Of a stretch of 64,000 bases of DNA, positions 1-11,400 are shown piece by piece. The stretch is from contig CM119371.1 of assembly GCA_051294905.1 (NCBI GenBank), positions 39,000,001 through 39,064,000 of the forward strand. The letters are read 5' to 3'. Under the pieces are notes generated by a model. That model made no database searches, was not told where the DNA came from, and was given only the letters and a program-made list of their open reading frames with translations. Position 1 is the stretch's first letter; each line of letters begins with the position of its first letter. The DNA is from Botryllus schlosseri. Taxonomy: Eukaryota. Position numbers and translations under genes: made by a program.

Positions 1-1127
1 GCGGAAGTGCTCTCTTCGTCCCGATCATTCGAAATTTCGTGCCGGTGAACTCATATTTTGAGATACGATTGTTTATAAGGTTCTTTCCGATTTTCCGCTA
101 GCTGCTGACGATTAATCCTGACGAGTGTCAGCCGATAACATTAGGGTTCATTTCAATACGAATATATGATACTAAATATATACTTCAATACACTATGAGG
201 TCCACGGTCATCAACCCTGTGTTTTCAGTCTTTTCGCGTTACAAACCAAATACTAATAGCAACTCAAGAAACTTGCTCTAGTCCACTATAGTCGCCGAGT
301 AGGCTATATCAATGTGTGTCACAAGCTTGCACTGAAATGATCGAGTACGACAAGTATACTTGATAGTCTTGAATGGGTCTACTAGCATTAGCTTGTGGTG
401 TGATAACCATTACTTGATCCCAGCAATCCTTCATTTATCCATCATCAAAACAGGATGTGCTTGTAAGAACGTAGTGCGACTTCGACGATATGTACCGAAC
501 CGGATAACACCCCTTCAAAACTTGTTAAAACAGTGTTGAATTCCCATAGCCAGGGAAGCGCGTGCGCATGATATCCTGCATAGAGTGATGAGCTCATTAT
601 ACCCACCTTGCACAGCGTCGTTAAAATGAGTAGGCTACGCCAATTGATTTGACAGTAAAATCCGTGCTAGTACAAACTAGCGCGCGCGGCTCACGTGTGC
701 GTGTGAAACGTATAGACATATGTTCAATGTCCATCTATTAACAGAGGTAGTAAGTATAAAGTTCGTATACGTTTCATTCGAGTCGCATTTTTCAGTGCTT
801 CGGTTTGAAATAAGTCATTGCTATTAAACATGGAAAAGGACTCGACTCGACTTGAGTCACTTTCTGCATTGACTCGACTTGTCTCGAGACATGCGATACG
901 AATTTATTCATGTGATGCATTTTGCTGACTTTTACCTGTTTGAATATACATTTTCAAAGTAAAAATATACGTATAGGAATGCGAGATATTCGATATCTCG
1001 CATGAATTTTACAAAAGCGAGCTGAACAAGATTTGGACTATCGATTGAGCAGTGAACACCATGACTAGATTGACTCGGACCCAAGTCGCAATAATTTGAT
1101 TCGGACTCGACGCTTTGAACCCTGACT

Positions 1128-1388
1128 CGATCCTTTACTCTAAAATCCACCTCGGCCAGGAGTGCCCGTTGTCGCAGTTCTTTTCGATGTTGATCTTTTT
1201 TGAAGCAGTGGCCCTTTCTACTAGTTCTTACCATTCCTTGTGACTGCTTTCTTTCGCCGGGTCTTTTTACTGGGCTTTTCTGTCGCCGTAAGTACGGCAA
1301 CGGCGAGCCCAGGTAAACCTACGACGGGTATCGAACCCGGTCCGTCTGATTGGTGGGCGCTTATCGTAACCACTACACTATCTCCCCC
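1128..1388 (-). mobile_element. tRNA-derived SINE, copy 1
   Basis: The minus strand has Pol III A box TAGTGTAGTGG and B box GGTTCGATACC, followed by a body of about 190 bp shared with 54258-54519. It does not fold into a complete cloverleaf. Confidence 0.7.
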
Positions 1389-3987
1389 GCTAACTTGACT
1401 CCAGTCAAAACTATGAAAGTGAGATTGACTTGTGACTGGGAACCTTGCGACTTGCTAACTTTCCTGCGCAATATAAACCCTTTTATACACGAACCTGGCA
1501 TACGTTTCAACCGTTAATCCGTTACCAATGAAAACCCTCCATTTCGCGACTACACTCTCTGCTTTTTTTGGCTTTTTCTTATCATTTATTGAATTTACAA
1601 AAACAACGCCAACGGGCCAAGGCAAAAAAAAACATTATTATGTTATGGAAAATTTCGCTTAGATTTGTCAATCGAAAGTAATAATTTCATGAGTGTAAAT
1701 TTGCACTTTAAATTCGCCTACCATGCGATGTGATAGTATTGTCAACTGTCGCATTTTGTAGTTTATATATGCAACATTTGAACTGAATCATTCCCTAGTC
1801 TTATACAAGAATCGTGATACGAATAAAGACGACATTAATTAGAGTCAATTACAAGACATGAAATCATCGGTTGCTTTTGTGAAAATTGAAGGAAGACGCC
1901 TTCAAATCGCTGTACATGCGGAAAACAATAAAACACGAATTAGCACCCCGAAGGAAGCCTGACAGAAATAACCATGGGTATTTGACTGCGTCGATTTCAG
2001 TTCTAGAGCATCAGTGGTGACTGTCGTGAAGCTTGCTCAACTGTGTGTAGCTTCATGTAAAGCTAAGGCATAATAGTGACACGATTCGCCATGTGATGGG
2101 TTGAGCTTGTGTTTTTTTTAAACCTGGGTCAGGATTCCATAATGCTATTTCCAATGGTCGGCATGTCTAGGCATATGTGTAACGGAGTAAAAGGCGCTGA
2201 ATGTGTTAGTGAAATGGTAGAAAACGAACCAGCTATATTCGTAAGGCCGTCCTGTGCAGTAACGAAGCCATGAGCAATATGGATTTACTCATTACTGGAT
2301 GTGACAAGGATTGGAAATAGCTAGGGTTGGATTTAAAACAAATGGTTGTTTAAAACATGTGTTTTAAACAAAGGGCTTTTTAAGCAAATTGTGTTTTTCA
2401 AATTGTAAAATCATGCCATAATTGTGTAAATACTTTCAAAAAAACTTGTTGTATGAGCCTACGGGCAATTACCATCTGATGTAGCTGACGTATACGACAT
2501 GGGATGGTTGGAACCCTCAACCCTCGTCAAAGGAGCTATATATACCCTACAATTGACTATTGTTTTAAATACAACCCTAGAAATTGCAGTTCAAAAGTTC
2601 TACTTATTTATCGATATACAATAAAAATGATGCTGGTACTCAGCGTACAAATCCTTGAGTCAATTTCATTTGCTGTGTCGAAGATGTATACCTACCTAAA
2701 TACCGTACAGTGTGTATAAAGATATCGCCGATAACGTGTATCGTGCAATTACTAATTCCTATGCCCTAGGATTTTGTTTCTGTAGATTGTAGATATACAA
2801 ATCAAACTTTCGCAGCAATTCATCTGATATGAATACTTTACTGAAAATCGGAACAGTACTCGCCATGGTGGCAACTGCCAATTGCAGGTGTAAGTATACG
2901 ATCGGTTTAAGTCTATCACATTCAGAGATAGTTATCACCCACAATAGAAAAGTACTTCAATTCTTTTCGTAGTATTGGCCAAAGAGAGTTTTGCCAACTT
3001 ACTCTACTAACTTAGATTATTATATTCTAAACCGCTTCCACTTATACAAGATTACCATGTTATTTTGGAATCGGGAATGAAGGACACTTTTTGCAATTCA
3101 TAATAGTTATTTTAACGGAGTTGAAATCAGCTGATTTTAAAACTAAAAGTGTAAATTTTGTTGTGTTGACTAAAGAAAGGGGATTTTTTCAGTCCTTCTC
3201 CCGAATGACCCCCTCGAACGTCCGCATTACATATTTCGCGTCATTTGTGGCGCTTTCAGTCGTGCCTGTCCTTTCGCCTAGCTGTCAATTTCCAAGAAGG
3301 AGAATATTTAGGCGTTCTCGGAGGACATTTTCCATTTCCTGAAAAAGGAGGACAAATCCTCATACGGCAACCCTAACGTATAGCTACTGAAACAGTCATT
3401 GATTCAAAACCGCTCACTTCCTCACTACCTCATTATGATTTTAAAAAGTATGAAGTATTTTTGGGATGACTTTACATAAGAATTGAGTGAAATAGCTTCG
3501 TTATCACGACTTTTAAATGCATTTACCAAACTTCTAACTATTTGCATTGTGATTAGTTATTTGTCGTTATAGTTACATAAATGGACACCCCAAACAGCTA
3601 CCGAAAATATGCGACCCCGGAGCCAACCCTACTTTCTGCAACTAGTGACTTGAGTACTTCTGAAACTTTCATGCCCTGCCTCAATGGGAATTAGTTTTGG
3701 CTTCTTTTATGAATCGCTAATCCTACTTTAATTAAGTAGAAATTTAAGGCGGATATTCACTTGTAATTAAGTAGCATCACTGGCTACTTTGAACACCCCT
3801 GGTAAAACTATAATCATTGCATAATAGTTGTCGTTATTCTTATTGTCGAAGAGTTTTCTGTCGATCAGTGTGTGACACGATTCTAAATCTGATGTCAGAT
3901 TAACTATGGGCGAATTAAATTAATTAAAAGTGTATCGGATTGAGATGAACGTTGGAGAAGTTATATCATTGCTTATATATTTTCCAG

Positions 3988-4082
3988 GTTGCGGATTTTT
4001 TAGCGATTCCTGCCCGCCCGGAATGTACTGTGACCACGCGCTTTATTGCTCGAGCGGCCCCGGCTACAAGTGCATGCACTGA
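3988..4082 (+). CDS. Probable Cys-rich terminal exon of an upstream gene
   Basis: Pyrimidine-rich acceptor tttccag|, then a GC-rich island reading CGFFSDSCPPGMYCDHALYCSSGPGYKCMH* in phase 1 (5 Cys). Upstream exons were not identified. Confidence 0.5.
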
Positions 4083-6324
4083 AAAATGATGGCTTCAATT
4101 TAAGTAAACTATGTTCCGTTCTTTATTAACATTTCACGATATTTTATTCAAGGTGTATGGTACCTTAATTTCAAACGGGTTTCATGTATATTATAGGTTG
4201 CTGCCAACGCATTTTAAAACTATGCACGTGTAGTAGTAACGACCTTCATTTCACTTACAAGTGAGATAGCAATTCAACATATAGCCAAAAGTCCATCTGA
4301 AAAGTTAAAAGCGACTTGCTCTTGAAAACCAATGTAGTACATTATTCTCATTGGCATTGGTATTTGGTTATAATGGTGCTTTACTTTTCACCAGTTGCAA
4401 TAATTTGTTACAAGATATTTCAGATGAATCTATTGCCAGAAATGAAGAATTCTGCAACAAGCATAGCTCAGGCATGTCCGGAATATTATGGTATTTAATG
4501 TGACATGCACTCGTGATTGAGGCGGCAAAATGCAATGATAATGATGCAATAGAAGTCGATTTCAGTCACTTCAAAGAATAACCTAATGTTTTGTCATTTG
4601 TTTGTCCAGTCAGAGTGTTTTTAGCGGATATACATTACAATGTGCCATATTGATATTTGGGTATCATTTCGGATGAATATGATATATGGGGTCTGTGTAT
4701 AATATTAACAAACATCATACGATTCATCTTCTAATCTCATTCAGGTTCCAATCGTGCCGGAATAAAGATCGACATGAGACTGCCACGATTGGTATTGATC
4801 GCCTCTTGAAAAATAAATCTGACGATGAGAACTGTTACAAATTTGTAGACGTGAGCCAGCGAGGGCAGGAGTTGGGCTCATACCACGCATAGTAAGGGTA
4901 TTATTGCCGTACAGCTATAGCTTAGATGATGATAGTCGAGTAGGCCTACCAAGATGCTCAGAAGCAAATACGCTGACTAGCACGTAATCACTTTGAAAAT
5001 GCACAGATGGCGTGAAGAAGCTCTTAAATATATATTAATTACTTATAAAATAGGAATGATCATCCTCTCTCCCAATAATAATTGCATAAGATATCTCAGG
5101 CCAACGTATAGCCGAGGACCAAAATTTGAAATTTGAATACCCAATTCAAACCATGGTATCAAGCAATATAGGTGGCTAGAGCAGTTGGGTTTGCTACTCA
5201 CGTAGGATTAGAAGTACTAATCGTTCTACTAGATTACGAGTGGAAGTAACAATCCGATAGGCCTACTAATGAAAACTGCTTTAGGGGGAAGTAGAAACCA
5301 GGAAGTTTGAAACCTAATTAAGTAGGGATACAGTATGTTCTCTTGTAAGAGGACTTGTCCTCGTTTTACAAGAAATGTAAAATCTCCTCCGAGGACGCTC
5401 CATTTTTTCGCAATTCGTCCTATTTTTATAGCTTTGAGAGTTATGGGAAAGTCGTTCCCAGCGTGGATGACATCGCCCCCAACGGACGATTTTGAGAAAG
5501 CGGGCGGCGAAACGGGCGGTCGTGGGCGACAATGTTTGAACGTACGATGAGATATATTTAATTATTACGGCAAAACAATGCACGTGAAGGCGGCTTATTC
5601 TGTATATAACATGTAAAAACGGTCAACTCGAAGGAAAGTAGCCGCGGAAACCGATTTTCCGAGCACATATTTTTTTAGTCAATTCACAATTTGGTGAAGA
5701 AATTTCCCGTTGATATATCATCTTTTTCGGATTCGTGAATATGGGATGCGAAGATCTGGGTCGAGCTTGATCTGGGGGCGATTAGTCGAAAAAGGTGGGG
5801 AACCACTGGTGTAGGCGACTATAAATAGACAACCAAAATATAGGTCATATCACACGTGAAGTCTGGTTTTCGACGAATTTGAAGGAAATATACACAAGAA
5901 ACAACGTTCACCGGACAAGGCCATCTTTAACCGATCATACGTGGGATCTGGACTCTCGGGAGTGCAGTCACGAAGATACTTTTTTTTACTGAAACCAATA
6001 GAGTTAACCTTATGAATGTCCAAAGTACCCGTATGCTTATCCACTATTGTAACTTTCGTAACTTGTGAAAAGTGTCCTCTCTTGCAGATCTCAAAACATA
6101 TTAACACTAAAATTAAGTGATTTCTAGCGCTTGTTCTGAAACTTTTTCAGACACGGCCCCCGTGATGATAGTGAAACTTTTCGCCCCCCCCCCTATCGTC
6201 ATATCAAAAAATATTAAAAAGAGCAACCACAATGTTTGTATAGTTTCTAGCATGAAACGTGATCAATGTTGACAGACCTCTCAAATATCAAATCTGAACT
6301 ATAGACAGAGCCATAGCTAATCAC

Positions 6325-7179
6325 TGGGGCGATTTTTTGACCTAAAAAAAGATTTCGCGGACATAAATCAAAATTTTGACATTTTTGATATTAGAAGACT
6401 TCATTTTGACCAAATAGTCACCTCATTATGTGAATTAGGTGTTTCCCCACATATAATGTTGGAATTGTAGTAGCCTACTTATCTCGGTTTCTGTTTGGAA
6501 CTGTCTGTGCTTACGAAGTAGTTTGGTCTGAAAAGAGTTTTTGACGTAAAAATAGACACATTTATTCGTGAAAAATACTTTATTTTTATCGACATTTTGA
6601 CCAATGAAGAGTTCCAGTAGTTACATCACGCCTTATGGTGAAAATAATTGAAATTTGTCGTAGTACAACGAAAGATACTTTCCTACATTTTTGGTTAGAA
6701 TGTGTCTGTCCTTACCAAATAACTTGCCAAAAATGGAGAAAGAACGTTCAACAGCAGCATTTGTTAACTGGCAACAATGAAGTTGGGCGTAGACTGCTGG
6801 TGAAAAACCGTGTTGCTTCATTCTGACAATGTTTTATACATCACAATTTCTCATCATGCGCTTCTTGATATGAGAACCACTGTCCACGCAGTCTTGCTTC
6901 AGTTAGGATATTGCGGTACGTTGAGCATAACACGATGTCAACCTAATTGTTTCGATCGACCGTTTATGATTCACAATGAGTAGATAATGAGCCTTCTACA
7001 ATAGGCCTAGGCTACAAGCTGTTAAACGCCAAAGACAAGTTCATCGACCGTGCAAACACTTATGATACAAATGAAGTGCAGGCTGCAAAATAACTTGGAC
7101 TTTGTAAATAATTTTGACATTTTTTGACCTAACGCTATAATTTTGACTTATTCTAACATGTTAAAATATAATCGCCATA
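6325..7179 (-). mobile_element. Non-autonomous hAT derivative carrying a transposase C-terminal remnant, copy 1
   Basis: Ends tggggcg and cgccata; TSD ctaatcac/ctaataac. Encodes ...NAAVERSFSIFGKL...KYLSLYY, resembling the hAT C-terminal dimerisation motif. Confidence 0.75.
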
Positions 7180-8413
7180 CTAATAACTAATCGCACAGTG
7201 CGTGAAAATACTGTCAGTTGAATATTTTGTCGAAAATGACGATGTGGCTTGCTGGTAGCACGTAGGATATATATATTTTAGCGGTTTTGGAGTTAATCGC
7301 TTCTATTTCCCGACGTGGGCTTCGCTCAAACGTACCTGACTATTTGCTAAATCAAAAACCGATGGGACTGGCTGCACGCCATTAAAACTTAGCACTTCTT
7401 CTTGAGACAAACAATTTGTCCGTAAGCTCCAATCACTTCGTTTGCGGTCAATATGTTTTTGATAGGACAATGGACAATTGAGTCATTGCTCTCTCTCATA
7501 GGTAACAACAGCGTGTCGCTAACAATCCGAATTTAAGAAATGTCCGCCATTTTCATCGACACCGTTACTTGATGACTTGAAATTGACCGGTAAATTTTGC
7601 TCCGAGTCAATCCATATTTCTGAAACGGCGAGTCAAGTCAGGTCGAGTCAAGTCGCTCGAAAAAAGTGACGCGAGTCATCCTAACACTGGTATCAGTACA
7701 AACTAACATCGGTGTATGGATAGTGCGGCGCTATTATGACATTTAAGATCGCAATGTAATTAGGAAAACTTCAGCACAAATTGAACTCATTTCGAGTTCA
7801 TAAACGTCATTTTTCTCATGGGAGTTCTCTCCCTCCGTCATATGCTGCCTTCCCCCTTCCAGTTTGAGAACCACTGATTATAGTATATAAGTAAGTGTAT
7901 TTATACGAGTGGTCACATACTTTTAGCTGATCGACGGGGGTATTTTCCAAATTGCAACATGCGACATGAATATCGAAACTATTAAATGAGGGCACACGAT
8001 CTTCCAGAATATATTCAGTCACTCGGATCTTGCGACAATCTAACTATCTTCAAGGTCATGCAAAGTTATCAAAAACTTATTTTCCACTAATTAAATTGTT
8101 AAATTTAAAAAGTAAGTTGTAGTAAAAATACTCAATTAGAAATACCCTAAACATAACCACGTGATTAAATACTGCATATACAGGCACAACCTTCCGGAGT
8201 ACTTTGAAAACGGATCGCGCCACTTTTGCTCAAATCTTATCTGGGCAGATGTCGAATAACTAGTAGTTGAGTATGGTCGTAATGTGATCACGGTATTGCT
8301 TCCAAGTGCGGAAATATTTGGAGATCAATTGGTGGAAATGGCGAGGCCAAAACTGGGAATACGTTGACATTTCTGTAAACAATGTGGTAGCGAGGGAGAA
8401 ACTGGGAGAAGTC

Positions 8414-8465
8414 ATGAAAATTGCACTTTTGTACGCTGCGCTGATGATGTTTGCGTATTTGGAAG
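8414..8465 (+). CDS. Putative first coding exon (signal peptide) of the CCP-MAM-EGF gene
   Basis: ATG at 8414 gives [17 protein letters not shown] (basic residue then hydrophobic core). It ends G|gtcagt in phase 1, matching the phase-1 acceptor at 11351. Confidence 0.65.
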
Positions 8466-11400
8466 GTCAGTAACGAAGAAAAATCTTCAGAGCAAATTAT
8501 AACCTACTTTGGGACGACCAAGAAAATCAAACACAGTTATAGTAGCTTAATATATCGCGTCTTGGTGAAAATACCATATACCTCTATCAGTAATCAGGGC
8601 GTTTTTTTTTTGACATGTCAAAATTTGTCAAGATTTTGTCAAAATTGTAGCGTTAGGTCAAAATTTGTCAAAATTTTTCATGAAGTCAAAAAATTTTTGA
8701 CGTCTGCATTTTGTTTGTATCGTAGATTTTGCACTGTTGGTGAACTTATAATTTGATATTTTACCGCTGTTAGCCTATTTTATAGGCCTACCGTTGTAAA
8801 CGGCTAATCGTCTGCTCATTGTGAATCATAAACGGTCAAATAAAACGGTCAAATAAAACAAATATTAGGTAGACATGGTGTTATGGTCAACGTACCGCAA
8901 TATCCTAACTGAAGAGAGACTTCTTGTGCATTGCATCATTCTTATATTAAGAAGCGCATGATGAAAATTTGTGATGTAGACAACATTGTCAGAGTGAAGC
9001 AGCACGGTGTGTCACCAGCACCAGCAGTGTACGCACAACTTGAGTGTTGTCAGCCAACAACTGCGGCTGTTGAACGTCCTTGGCAAGCTTCTTAGTAAGG
9101 ACGTGCACTTTCTACCCAAGGATGTAGGAAAGTATCTCTCGTTGTACTACAAAATATTTTAATTATTTCTACCATAATACATATTGTAACCACTGAAATT
9201 CTTCATAGGGCCAGACTTCGTTAAAATATTGTTTATTTCATGAAAAAAGTTGCCTGTTTCTAAGCCATAAACGCTTTTTCAGGCCAAACTACTTCGTTAG
9301 GACAGTCACATCCAACCAGAAATGAAGATAAGTGGTACAATTTTAACAGTATGTGGGAAAACACCTAATTTGCATACGTTATGTCAAAATTTGGTCAAAA
9401 TTCATTTTTTTAGGTAAAAAAAAGTAAAAATTTGGATTTTTTAGGTCAAAATTATTTTTTTTAGGTAAAAAAAAACCGCCCTAGTAATCAGTAATGCGGA
9501 TTTTGCGATGTTTTCGATATTTGGAATTGAATTCGGATTCTGTTTGTCTCTGATCCACTTCGGGTATTTTCGGATTTCGTTTCAGACTTTGGCATGAATA
9601 AATGGATGATTTTTATAAATTGTGATTTTTCCGCCCCTCCATGATATTTTCATAGTATCGATATCAGTAATCATCGCAGTAATGGTAGACATATGGATTA
9701 GAGTCTTTAGGCATTATACCTGCCCTACTGTGCTGCTGTCGTCTGAAATGATCAGATCGAAATAAGCTTTTGTCAGAATGAACCGTGTCGTAGTTCATTT
9801 CAGTTCAAATATCTTTATTCGCGTTCGGTTCAGTTTATGAACAATTTCATCATTTCGAAATACTAAAAGATTGGTATACAATGAAAACATAGAAAGTCGA
9901 ATGGAATTTGAGTAGTCTTTTTATCCAACAACCTAAAAGTATTGAAAATGTGCGTAGTAAAAGTACAAATATTGCATCAACTTTAAAAAAAATTCTTCAA
10001 AATATTTCACAATGATGTATTGGTAAGTTATAGCGTTACTATGATTGTTTCATTTATTTGCTGGTGCGATAGCCCAACTGCTGAATAAAGCAACCAAACT
10101 AATAAAATGCTTAGCACATCATTAAATCAGGTTAACAAAGTGTGAAGAAGGCAAGTTTTACATAGTAACGGATTGAGCAATTTGGTGAAGCGAAATGGAA
10201 ACATTAATTATGATGCTGTCAGCAATTGATATCCCAAAGGTAAACCAAAACTAGAAACAGCAAATCCATGAACAGTTCAATTCAGTTTATTATTAATTCC
10301 ATCATTTTAACACATCAAAAGATTGCTATACAATAATACGAGAGGAAGAAGTCCTTTCGGACTATATAGGCTAGTTTTCGATCAAAATCCGGCGTCAGTC
10401 TAGAGTACTAGAGCATGTAAATATGAGACATGCATACCGAATCGAATGTAATATAAGATAACCATGAAGAATAAGCGCAGACTAGTGTACAGTTAGGTGT
10501 TAATCAAGATATACCTTTGCAGTCAGCAATGCACGGAGATGCCGAAAAATACAAAGACGCGTTGAAGAAGGAAGAAAATGCCGAAGGCCGTGTGTGGTTG
10601 ATGGCGATTGCAAAGCTCCGAACAAGACATGTAATTGCGACGGACAATGCGGGAAGAGCTGCTACAATCCGAGTATGTAGGCTAATCACCCCACAGCTTT
10701 AGACATCAGGAATCAGTTGCGATCGAAGGAAGCCATTGCCTGTACTCAACCAGAAGTAGAAAATGAGTCCTAAATTCACTACTCAAATACAAGTGGAAGT
10801 AGCGATTTCGAAGTAGAAAATAAAGGTATGTAAGATATTTAAGAGAGTAGTTTAAAACCGTACATTTGGTGGAGGGCCTGCATGATTATAGCGGGTATTC
10901 TGAGGTCAGTACTAAAAATAGCAAGATATATCTTTAGGACTGACACGATACTGATACGATATCAAATAGTACAATTTTCGAAAATATTTCCAGATACCGC
11001 AATATGTCATTGTTATGGTAATTGTGTTGTGACGCTCCGATTGTTCTGAACAAAGCAGATTTCAGATAATGAGGGCGATTTGAGGTGTGATTCCAGTGTT
11101 CCGGCCTGAATTTAATTTAGATTTTCGAAATCAGTGCGATGGTAGCTTGCAATCGAGAGCAGTTTCAATAAATACTGCGATGTGGACGCCAGCTATAAGA
11201 TTGTCAGAAATAGTAAATTCGCTGCCGCGAAACGATTACGAATGCAGTCTGACTGAACCGTAGCGAAGCAAAAAATCGACAGTTGCCATTGCATGTTTAC
11301 AATCGATATGAAAATCATCATTTTCAACATGTTGGTGATATCATTGACAGATGCTCTTTGCGATGAGCTGGAACCGATCCCAAACGGTAGCATGGATCTC

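Noticed and set aside
102..160. Hammerhead or HDV-like ribozyme, or C/D snoRNA, in the CTGACGA motif
   Set aside because: Hammerhead stem I cannot be formed, the HDV P2 and P1.1 elements are missing, and there is no terminal D box. Kept only as a conserved motif.
932..1300. 122-aa ORF and its counterpart at 54263-54511
   Set aside because: The similarity comes from the SINE body; the remainder is MITE sequence.
1320..1388. tRNA gene on the minus strand
   Set aside because: A and B boxes are present but the acceptor and anticodon stems do not pair, and the downstream body is shared with a second dispersed copy, so it is a SINE head.
2007..2060. Cys-containing micro-frame SISGDCREACSTVCSFM*
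   Set aside because: Too short to distinguish from chance, with no linked exon.
4745..4850. Possible exon FQSCRNKDRHETATIGIDRLLKNKSDDENCYKFVD
   Set aside because: It has AG/GT ends but no recognisable domain or phase-compatible partner exon.
10517..10790. Short ORF plus [10 protein letters not shown], resembling a CCP start
   Set aside because: A stop codon follows immediately and the rest of the CCP Cys/Trp pattern is absent.
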